The notes beneath the pieces are model-generated. The model searched no databases. It saw only the letters and a program-made list of their open reading frames with translations, and had not been told where the DNA came from. From contig JAUWMZ010000006.1 of assembly GCA_030612885.1 (NCBI GenBank), positions 1 through 41,526 on the forward strand: DNA of 41,526 nt. Direction: 5' to 3'. Shown piece after piece: positions 8,751-15,534 of this stretch (position 1 is its first letter; every line of letters begins with the position of its first letter). A program made the translations under genes and the position numbers. The DNA is from Candidatus Nealsonbacteria bacterium. GTDB lineage: Bacteria > Patescibacteriota > Minisyncoccia > Minisyncoccales > JAGMDC01.

Positions 8751-8879
8751 AATTTTAAAAATTTTCAATTTTCAATTTTCAATTTTCATTCAATTTTCAA
8801 TTTAATAATTTTCAATTAGAAATTAAAGAATTAGAAATTTATTAGAAATTAGAAATTAGAAATTAGAAATTTAATTTGT
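8751..8879. repeat. AT-rich heptamer arrays ((aattttc)n then (agaaatt)n) filling the rpsD-rpoA spacer
   Basis: aattttcaattttcaattttcattcaattttcaattt...attagaaattagaaattagaaattagaaattt. Period 7; the two arms are imperfect inverted copies. Confidence 0.75.
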
Positions 8880-9677
8880 ATGATTTCTTTACCCGACAAA
8901 ATAAAAATTATTGAAAAAAAAGATAACTGGACCCATTTTCAAATTCAAGCCCTTTATCCAGGTTATGGAGTTACTATTGGAAATAGTTTGAGAAGGGTTC
9001 TTCTTTCCTCGTTACAGGGGGCAGCTGTTACGCAGGTGAAAATTAAGGGAGTTTCTCATGAGTTTTCTGTTATTCCCGGTGTCTTAGAAGATACAGTTTC
9101 AATTTTATTAAACTTAAAACAATTAAGATTTAAGGTTTACAGTGATGAACCACAGAAGGCGATTCTTTCGGTAAAAGGTGAAAAAAAAGTAAAAGGTTCT
9201 GATTTTCAACTACCTTCTCAATTGTCTTTAATAAACAAAGATGCTTTTGTAGCTGCTTTGACTGATAAGAAAGCGGAATTAGAAATGGAGATTGTAGTTG
9301 AGAAAGGATTTGGTTATGAACCAGTAGAATGGAGAAAAAAAGAAAAGTTAGAAATAGGCGAGATTCCTCTTGATGCTATTTTTACTCCGGTGAGAAAGGT
9401 TAGTTTTAATGTAGAGAATGTTAGGGTAGAGGAGAGAACAGATTTTGACAGTTTAGAGTTAGGGATTGAGACTGATGGAACCATTACTCCGGAACAAGCT
9501 CTTTTTCAGGCATCTGAAATTTTAGTTAAGCACTTTTCTTTATTTGTAGATGTCTTTAAAGAAAAAGAGGAAGCGAAGCCATCAGAAGTCGAAAAGCCAG
9601 TCAAAAAGAAGAAACCTGCAAAGGCAAAAACTAAAACTACGATACAAAAGAAGAAAAAGAAAACACAAAAGAAATAA
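8880..9677 (+). CDS. rpoA: DNA-directed RNA polymerase alpha subunit, N-terminal domain only, with lysine-rich C-terminal tail
   Basis: YPGYGVTIGNSLRRVLLSSLQGAAVT, EDTVSILLNLKQLRF, ERTDFDSLELGIETDGTITPEQAL. The protein ends KEKEEAKPSEVEKPVKKKKPAKAKTKTTIQKKKKKTQKK at 265 aa, with no recognisable alpha-CTD. Confidence 0.88.
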   Translation: MISLPDKIKIIEKKDNWTHFQIQALYPGYGVTIGNSLRRVLLSSLQGAAVTQVKIKGVSHEFSVIPGVLEDTVSILLNLKQLRFKVYSDEPQKAILSVKGEKKVKGSDFQLPSQLSLINKDAFVAALTDKKAELEMEIVVEKGFGYEPVEWRKKEKLEIGEIPLDAIFTPVRKVSFNVENVRVEERTDFDSLELGIETDGTITPEQALFQASEILVKHFSLFVDVFKEKEEAKPSEVEKPVKKKKPAKAKTKTTIQKKKKKTQKK

Positions 9678-9702
9678 CAGGTATTTAGAAATCTACAGTA
9701 TT

Positions 9703-10053
9703 ATGCGTAAACGAAAAGAAGGAAGAAAACTTTCAAGAAAAAAAAATCAAAGAAAGGCCTTATTAAAAACACTAGCTAGTGCTCTTATTTTAAATGAGAA
9801 AATAAAAACCACTGAAGCGAAAAGTAAGGAAGTTTCTAAATTTATTGAAAAAAAAATTACTAAAGCAAAAAAAGGTGATTTAACTGCGAGAAGATTATTA
9901 AATCAATTTTTTTCTCCTAAAATAGTCAAGAAACTTGTAGATGAGATTGGACCAAGATATAAAGGGAGAAAAGGAGGGTATACCCGGATTATTAAGCTAG
10001 GCCCAAGAAAATCAGATGGAGCAAGAATGGCAATAATTGAATTTGTAAAATAA
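9703..10053 (+). CDS. rplQ: 50S ribosomal protein L17
   Basis: MRKRKEGRKLSRKKNQRKALLKTLASALILNEKIKTTEAKSKE...GGYTRIIKLGPRKSDGARMAIIEFV. ATG at 9703. Confidence 0.92.
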   Translation: MRKRKEGRKLSRKKNQRKALLKTLASALILNEKIKTTEAKSKEVSKFIEKKITKAKKGDLTARRLLNQFFSPKIVKKLVDEIGPRYKGRKGGYTRIIKLGPRKSDGARMAIIEFVK

Positions 10054-10057
10054 TTTT

Positions 10058-10411
10058 ATGGAAAGAAACACTCATACCATTGATGCCACTAATAAAGTTC
10101 TCGGAAGATTAGCTACTCAGATAGCGGTGCTGTTGCGTGGTAAGCACAAACCTGATTTTGTTCCCTATAAAGATATGGGAGATTTTGTTGTGGTAAAAAA
10201 TGTTGATAAAATTAAAATTACTGGAAAAAAAATGGAGCAAAAAGTTTATTACCATCACAGCGGTTTTATGGGCGGCTTGAAAGAAACTCCTCTTAAAAAA
10301 CTTTTTAAAGAAAAACCTGAAGAAGTTTTAAAAAAAGCAGTTTTTGGAATGCTGCCTAATAATAAATTGAGGGCTGAGATAATAAAACGTTTAAAAATAA
10401 TCAACGAATAA
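10058..10411 (+). CDS. rplM: 50S ribosomal protein L13 (short)
   Basis: IDATNKVLGRLATQIAVLLRGKHKPDFVPYKDMGDFVVVKNVDKIKITGKK...YYHHSGFMGG. Confidence 0.92.
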   Translation: MERNTHTIDATNKVLGRLATQIAVLLRGKHKPDFVPYKDMGDFVVVKNVDKIKITGKKMEQKVYYHHSGFMGGLKETPLKKLFKEKPEEVLKKAVFGMLPNNKLRAEIIKRLKIINE

Positions 10412-10482
10412 CGAATCCTTTACGAATATGCGAATCTTTATTATCTATTCGTAAATTCGTACTTATTCGTAAATTCGTTGAT
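10399..10482. repeat. Long imperfect palindrome of acgaat/attcgt units spanning the rplM stop to 3 nt before the rpsI ATG
   Basis: Outer arms atcaacgaat (10399-10408) and attcgttgat (10473-10482) are perfect complements. The interior is made of cgaat...attcg units. Confidence 0.75.
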
Positions 10483-10484
10483 GG

Positions 10485-11051
10485 ATGATGCCAACTAAAA
10501 AAACAACCAAAAAAGAAAAGAAAAAAGAAGTTAAAAAAGTAAAAAAAGCGATCCCTAAAGCAGTTGAGAAGAAACCCAAACCTAAACTCAAACCCGAGTC
10601 CAAACCCAAACCCGAGTCCAAACCCAAACCCAAACCTGAACCAAAAGCCGAAACAAAAAAAGCTTCTTATATAGAAGCGATTGGAAGAAGAAAAACATCA
10701 GTGGCTCGAGTGCGGCTTTGGACAAAAGGGGAAAAAGAGTTTTTAGTTAATGATAAACCATTAGAGGATTATTTTCCCAACTTTGAGATTCAGAAAATTG
10801 CTGCTGATAGTTTAGATAAAATGAAAAGCCAGGACAGATTTAAAATCCAGGTTTTAGTGAAAGGAGGCGGTTTTCATTCTCAAGCTGAAGCAGTAAGGCA
10901 TGGGGTAGCCCGGGTTTTGCTTAAATTTAATCCTGATTTTAAAAAACGTTTAAAAAAATCGGGTTTTTTAACCCGAGATCCAAGAATGAGAGAAAGAAAA
11001 AAATTCGGTCTCAAGCGGGCCCGTCGAGCTCCACAGTGGAGGAAAAGATAA
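10485..11051 (+). CDS. rpsI: 30S ribosomal protein S9 with K/P-rich N-terminal extension
   Basis: GRRKTSVARVRLW...GGGFHSQAEAVRHGVARVLL...RDPRMRERKKFGLKRARRAPQWRKR. About 60 aa of KPKPE-type low complexity at the N-terminus. Confidence 0.92.
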   Translation: MMPTKKTTKKEKKKEVKKVKKAIPKAVEKKPKPKLKPESKPKPESKPKPKPEPKAETKKASYIEAIGRRKTSVARVRLWTKGEKEFLVNDKPLEDYFPNFEIQKIAADSLDKMKSQDRFKIQVLVKGGGFHSQAEAVRHGVARVLLKFNPDFKKRLKKSGFLTRDPRMRERKKFGLKRARRAPQWRKR

Positions 11052-11053
11052 TT

Positions 11054-11203
11054 CGCTCGGAAAGTAATTTTTAGGAAACGCTCGTTCGCCTCCAGCGAGC
11101 GAATTCGCTCAGCTCTCGGCAAAATTCGAGTACTCAATATATTGAGTACTCGACCAAGCAATTTTGCCTCGAGGTGCTCCATAAAAATTACTTTTCTCGC
11201 TTA
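11054..11203. repeat. Structured 150-nt repeat, family A, copy 1 (nested hairpins, MITE-like)
   Basis: About 91% identical by eye to 35117-35267. Outer arms gaaagtaattttta / taaaaattactttt, middle arms ctcggcaaaatt / aattttgcctcgag, terminal hairpin cgagtactcaatatattgagtactcg (11127-11152). Confidence 0.85.
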
Positions 11204-11214
11204 TATCTTAAAAT

Positions 11215-11447
11215 AAAAAAAAAGAGCTCAAGGACTGACTTACTCGTGTATGATAATTTCTTTTTGTTTGGGTATTACTCCCTACAAAAGAAGTACACTT
11301 TCAGAAAGTATGAGCTTTAATGGTATAAGGGGTATTGTTTCCCTTATACAAAGAACTGATGGTAGGATGCCCAAAAAATGCCATGGGGCGGGCTATTTGT
11401 GGAAAAGCTCCACTGAGTACAAAAGGTCCTACCACTCTCTTATACTC
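11215..11447 (-). ncRNA. Candidate structured ncRNA of unknown class (ends approximate)
   Basis: Minus strand has TTGACA-16nt-TATAAT, then about 230 nt of locally GC-richer DNA with several stems (gguagga/uccuacc, guauaaggg/cccuuauac, gugga/uccac), ending in a weak hairpin plus U9. The + strand ORF here (11250-11453) has no RBS and atypical composition. I saw no tmRNA, RNase P or SRP signature. Confidence 0.45.
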
Positions 11448-11453
11448 AATTAG

Positions 11454-11481
11454 ATTATATACCCATCAAAAAATTTGTCAA
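11454..11481 (-). promoter_or_regulatory. Sigma-70-like promoter for the candidate ncRNA
   Basis: Minus-strand reading: TTGACA (11481-11476), 16-nt spacer, TATAAT (11459-11454). Confidence 0.5.
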
Positions 11482-11588
11482 GGGGTATAAGCTCCCAAAT
11501 GGCGAAAAAGGTAATTTCATTTTAATATTTACATATAAATATCTTAATAATGTTTGAATGTTAGTATGTTAAAATGTTTAAATGACTT

Positions 11589-12263
11589 ATGTTAACAGAA
11601 CTTATAGATAAATTTTATTTGGAACAGCAAAAAAACAGAGAGCAGAACCATTTTTATATTACTGATGCGGGCAAATGTCCACGGGCAGTTTTTTTTAAAT
11701 TTAAAAACGCGCCCAGAGAAAAAATGGATGCGCGTATTCTAAGAATATTTGAGAGAGGGGAGTCAATGCATATGAATATTATTAATACCTTAATTAGATT
11801 AGGTATTGTGGTATCAGCGGAAATAAAAATTCCTGCTCAAGAAATCATTTCCGGCCGAGCCGATGTAATTCTTTCTTTAAATAACGAACTTTATGTCTTA
11901 GATATTAAAAGTATGAATAGTATGATTTTTAGAAATTTAACCGAACCAAAGCCAGAAAATTTACAACAGGTCCAACTTTACCTTCATTATTTTAAAATTA
12001 AAAAAGGGATATTGCTTTATATTGACAAAGACCAGCAGAACATAAAAGAATTTGTCTTTAATTACGACTCAAAGCTTGTCAAATCACTTTTAGATGGTTT
12101 TCAAAAACTTAAAACAAAAATTGATTCTGATACCATTCCCTCAAGATTATTAGATTGGCCTGAAAATTGGCAGTGTCGATACTGCCAATTTAAGGATATT
12201 TGTTCAGAGGCCGGAGAAGGAGGTATCCATTGGAACGATTTTAAAAATAAGTTAGAGGGATAA
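11589..12263 (+). CDS. PD-(D/E)XK nuclease, Cas4-like (4-Cys cluster), orphan
   Basis: N-terminal Cys (DAGKCPRAVFF), catalytic-type GRADVILS...LYVLDIKS (D..D-x-K), QVQLY, and C-terminal CRYCQFKDIC. No CRISPR array or other cas genes in the window. Confidence 0.65.
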   Translation: MLTELIDKFYLEQQKNREQNHFYITDAGKCPRAVFFKFKNAPREKMDARILRIFERGESMHMNIINTLIRLGIVVSAEIKIPAQEIISGRADVILSLNNELYVLDIKSMNSMIFRNLTEPKPENLQQVQLYLHYFKIKKGILLYIDKDQQNIKEFVFNYDSKLVKSLLDGFQKLKTKIDSDTIPSRLLDWPENWQCRYCQFKDICSEAGEGGIHWNDFKNKLEG

Positions 12264-13674
12264 ATTGTAAAATATTTTCTTCAGTAAGAATGTAAAGTTG
12301 TTTGAATTCATTATTCCAAGTGAATTTTTTTATTCCAAAACACAATTCATAATTATTTATTTTGTCACGGTCATCGATCTCAATGACTTTTATTTTACTT
12401 TCTAAATTAAATATCAGATAATGGGAATTAAACCAGATGACATTATTAATTTTTTCTGAGAAACGAATTAGAAATTGCTTGGTCATTGATTCTTTTTGCG
12501 GCTGTTCTGTTTGGCTTTCTAAAAATAAAATCCAGATTTCATGTTCGTTAAAATAAAGAATTTTTTTAGAATCAGGAGATATTTTAATTTCTTTTACTGG
12601 TTCAAAAATTTTTTCAAAATTTTTTGTTTTTGGATTAAATAAATACAACTTCTTATTTTCTAAAATAAAAATAGATTCCTGTTCAACTTTTAATTCATAT
12701 TTGGTTTCTTGCTTTAAAGGGAAAGGAGAATTGTTAATTTTTTCTTCAAAATCAAGAGATAAATTATTTTTAAAGATATAACCGGATTTATCAATATAAT
12801 AAATATTATTATCTAATATTCCGTAAGTCAATATTTCTTCCAAAACCTGTCGAGAACGGTTCTCGCCCGCCACAATTTTTGCCGGAGGCAAAATTTGGGC
12901 GGGCGAGGTGTGTTTTAACAAATCAACTTCAAATAAATCACTATCTTTAAAATAAAATATTATGTTTGGTTCTTGGGGATGAAAATCAAGTTTTTCAATA
13001 TCTGGTTCTAAAACCAAAGAATTAAAAGAAATCAATTTATTCGGACTTTCAGTTAGGTCTAAAATAAAGTGTTCTAATTGTTCTTTTAAACCAATCTTTA
13101 AGATTATCTTTCCTTTGTCAGGAGAAATTTTGAGCTCTAACAACTCTGGTTCTTTTTTAGAAATTTCTTTTTCACTGATTAAGTGGCTCTTAAGATTATT
13201 TTCTAAATCAAATATTTTTAAAGCCCATTCATCTTCTGTTATTTCTTTTAAAATTACTTTGCTTTCAGGCAAAATCCAAAAATCTTCTACTCCTTTATTT
13301 AAAATTTGGAGTTCTAAATTTTTAGGAATTAAAATTATATTTTTTGCTTCTACTACTTTTTTTTCTTTTACTTCTAAGTTTTTCTCCCAAATATTATAAT
13401 CCTCTTTTTGAACACGGATATTATATTTTTTTGGCAAAAGATTATTAATATAAACAGAACCAAAAAAGAAACTTGTTTTTTCTTTTAGTTTTCCGTCTAA
13501 AAATACATCAGTATTTTTGGGCGAAGCTTTTAAAAACAATCCACCGGTTTGGGTGATTTTTTTATTCTCAAAATCAAAACGATACCCTTGGGAATATAAA
13601 ATCAGAATAGGGGTAATCAAAAAAAACAAAGATATTAAAACAAAAATTAAAATTGTTCTGGTTTTTTTAGTCAT
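12241..13674 (-). CDS. Membrane-anchored PEGA-domain protein with probable beta-propeller region
   Basis: The only long minus-strand ORF (477 aa). N-terminal TM (ILIFVLISLFFLITPILILY), PEGA-like ASPKNTDVFLDGKLKEKT...YNIRVQKEDYNIWEKNLEV and TolB-like ISPDSKKILYF repeats. Its 3' end overlaps the Cas4-like gene by 23 nt. Confidence 0.55.
   Translation of the reverse strand: MTKKTRTILIFVLISLFFLITPILILYSQGYRFDFENKKITQTGGLFLKASPKNTDVFLDGKLKEKTSFFFGSVYINNLLPKKYNIRVQKEDYNIWEKNLEVKEKKVVEAKNIILIPKNLELQILNKGVEDFWILPESKVILKEITEDEWALKIFDLENNLKSHLISEKEISKKEPELLELKISPDKGKIILKIGLKEQLEHFILDLTESPNKLISFNSLVLEPDIEKLDFHPQEPNIIFYFKDSDLFEVDLLKHTSPAQILPPAKIVAGENRSRQVLEEILTYGILDNNIYYIDKSGYIFKNNLSLDFEEKINNSPFPLKQETKYELKVEQESIFILENKKLYLFNPKTKNFEKIFEPVKEIKISPDSKKILYFNEHEIWILFLESQTEQPQKESMTKQFLIRFSEKINNVIWFNSHYLIFNLESKIKVIEIDDRDKINNYELCFGIKKFTWNNEFKQLYILTEENILQFIPLTYF
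12851..12910. repeat. GC-rich double-hairpin element embedded in-frame in the PEGA-domain CDS
   Basis: cgagaacggttctcg (perfect palindrome, identical 15-mer at 31201-31215), followed by cccgcc-acaatttttgcc-gga-ggcaaaatttg-ggcggg. Encodes ...AQILPPAKIVAGENRSRQ... on the minus strand. Confidence 0.75.
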
Positions 13675-14013
13675 TGGTTTAATTTGAAATTTTCCTCAAT
13701 TACATTATATCCCGGCATTGACAAAAAGGAAAGAGTTTACTATGCTTATAATTCAGTGAGGGCTTGCTGTTTTTTTTCATTACCTAATTTTAGATGTGGG
13801 TGTGGGAGCAAGCCCGATGACCTATACATTTAGAAATAAAAAAGGAGAAAAAGTAAAGGGAGGTAAAAAGAAAGAAATGGAAGGAAAAAATGAGGGCAGA
13901 AAAGATAAGGGCTTAATAAGGACTGAACAATTTTTCGATCCTACGGTTTCTCTTGAAGAGAAACAGAAAGTCAAACGCGTAGTTTTCGAAAAATAGGAAG
14001 TGAGAAGAAAAAA

Positions 14014-14595
14014 ATGGGAGAAGAAAAGGTAACTCCAACTATTGGAGTATTCGCTGGAATTCTAACCGTAAATGGAAAACTACTTTTACGAAGAAGGGTA
14101 GAATCTGATTCTATTGTTCCGGGGAAATCATTTAAAGGAAATTGGGAACTTCCTGGCGGCGGAGTGATGAAAGAAGAGACATTTGAAGCAACTAATGAAA
14201 CGGTAATACCGAAAGCATTAGCAAGAGAAGTTAAAGAGAAAGCAGGTTTAGAAATTGAAATGACATCGATGTTAGCAATGTATCCGGCAATACTAGCGAA
14301 AGAATATACCAAGAAAGAAGTTGTTGACTTCGCTTTTGTGGTGATAATCCAACCCGATCAATGGAGAGGACAACTTAAGGGAGAGACAATGTGGGTTTCA
14401 CCAGGGGAGTTGTATAAGTTAGCAAGGAAATTTGAACCGGCTGACAGAAAAACAGGAAAAGATGGCAAAGGAATAGTTAGTGGTTATGGGAAAAGGATGC
14501 ACCGAATGGCACTAATGTCATTTAGTCATAGCCCAAACGAAGGATACAGCTTTGAAGCAAGAGATGCATTAGTGGCTATCCATTTTGATATGTGA
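14014..14595 (+). CDS. NUDIX-family hydrolase
   Basis: GNWELPGGGVMKEE...ALAREVKEKAGLEI resembles a Nudix box (GX5EX7REUXEEXGU) with an insertion. Confidence 0.55.
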   Translation: MGEEKVTPTIGVFAGILTVNGKLLLRRRVESDSIVPGKSFKGNWELPGGGVMKEETFEATNETVIPKALAREVKEKAGLEIEMTSMLAMYPAILAKEYTKKEVVDFAFVVIIQPDQWRGQLKGETMWVSPGELYKLARKFEPADRKTGKDGKGIVSGYGKRMHRMALMSFSHSPNEGYSFEARDALVAIHFDM

Positions 14596-14639
14596 GCTAA
14601 GATATACAAGCAGAAAGCTAATATCTAAAAAAATTTTAT

Positions 14640-14677
14640 GCAGAGAATTATATTTATATCTCTGCTTCTTTTTTTGG
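14640..14677 (+). terminator. Rho-independent terminator
   Basis: gcagaga-attatatttata-tctctgc followed by ttctttttttt. Confidence 0.6.
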
Positions 14678-14708
14678 AAAAATTTGAACTTTGTTGTAAA
14701 ATGAATCT

Positions 14709-15431
14709 ATGCAGTTCAAAATTTTTAAAAATAAAAACTTAATTCATGGAATTTCAGATAGTTCTTTTAGTTCAATGAGAACTAATAAGCAGGCAATAAA
14801 ATTTTTGAAATCTTTAGCTTACAAGAATATTAGTTCCAAAAATTTGATTTGGGCGCAGCAAGTTTTTAGTTCAAGAGTTCATATCTGCAAGCAGAAAGAT
14901 TCGGGAAAAACCGTGAAAAATGTTGATGGTTTAATCTCCAATATACCTGAACAGATTTTATCAACAATTTCTGCTGATTGTGTGCCAATTTTAATATATG
15001 ACCCAAAACAAAAAGTAATTGCTGCTTTACACGGCGGCAGGAAGTGTTTGGTCAAAGGCATTATTAAAAATGCTATTGATAAAATGGTTAGAAATTTTAA
15101 AACAAATCCAAAAAATGTTTTAGTGGGAATTGGACCTCATATAAGAGTTTGCCATTATTGGTTAAAAGAAAGAAGTTATAAAGAGCTCAAAAATACTAAA
15201 TTCAAGAAATATTTTATAAAAAGAAAAGAAAAAATATTTTTTGATTTAACTAAATTAGTTTTTGACAATCTGATAAAGTCAGGAATAAAAAGAAAAAATA
15301 TAGAGGATTGTAAAATCTGTACTTATTGTAAGTATAAAAAATACTTTTCAGCTCGAAAGCAGGAACAATCTCCGAAAATTTATAAAGAAAAAAAACCCAG
15401 ATTTGCCAGTTTTATCGGCCTAAAAATTTGA
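14709..15431 (+). CDS. pgeF: YfiH/PgeF family (laccase-domain / peptidoglycan editing factor) protein
   Basis: ISADCVPILIYDPKQKVIAALHGGRKCLVKGII and CKICTYCKYKKYFSARK match the family's conserved His/Cys/His site regions. Confidence 0.75.
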   Translation: MQFKIFKNKNLIHGISDSSFSSMRTNKQAIKFLKSLAYKNISSKNLIWAQQVFSSRVHICKQKDSGKTVKNVDGLISNIPEQILSTISADCVPILIYDPKQKVIAALHGGRKCLVKGIIKNAIDKMVRNFKTNPKNVLVGIGPHIRVCHYWLKERSYKELKNTKFKKYFIKRKEKIFFDLTKLVFDNLIKSGIKRKNIEDCKICTYCKYKKYFSARKQEQSPKIYKEKKPRFASFIGLKI

Positions 15432-15534
15432 CAAGCTTTAAAAAAGTGATAATGTTTATTTGATGGTGAAAAAAGAAGCCATCAGTACATAAGGATATAA
15501 ATAATAAAAAGAAAAGGAGGTGAGAAAGAAAAAG

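Noticed and set aside
7115-8879. Regularly spaced short repeats in the spacers as CRISPR arrays
   Set aside because: The period is 7 nt with no unique spacers, the units are AT-only, the arrays are under 130 bp and no cas genes are adjacent.
9550-9702. ORF-track start of the rplQ frame at 9550, giving a 51-aa K/R-rich N-terminal extension that overlaps the rpoA tail
   Set aside because: It is an alternative-frame reading of the A/G-rich DNA that encodes the rpoA lysine tail. L17 homology begins at the ATG at 9703 (MRKRKEGRKLSRK...).
11250-11453. 67-aa + strand ORF as a protein-coding gene
   Set aside because: No RBS, and a Cys/Gly/Trp/His-containing composition unlike the K/E/I-rich proteome. 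The region is bracketed on the opposite strand by a near-consensus promoter and a U-run terminator, so a minus-strand ncRNA explains it better.
13796-13996. 66-aa ORF (non-ATG start) upstream of the NUDIX gene as a confident CDS
   Set aside because: Very K/E/G-rich low-complexity sequence in purine-rich leader DNA. Only the internal ATG version (about 39 aa) has any RBS, and its spacing is long. Left unannotated. A 9-bp stem (gggcttgct/agcaagccc) with a large loop just upstream did not match any riboswitch I know.
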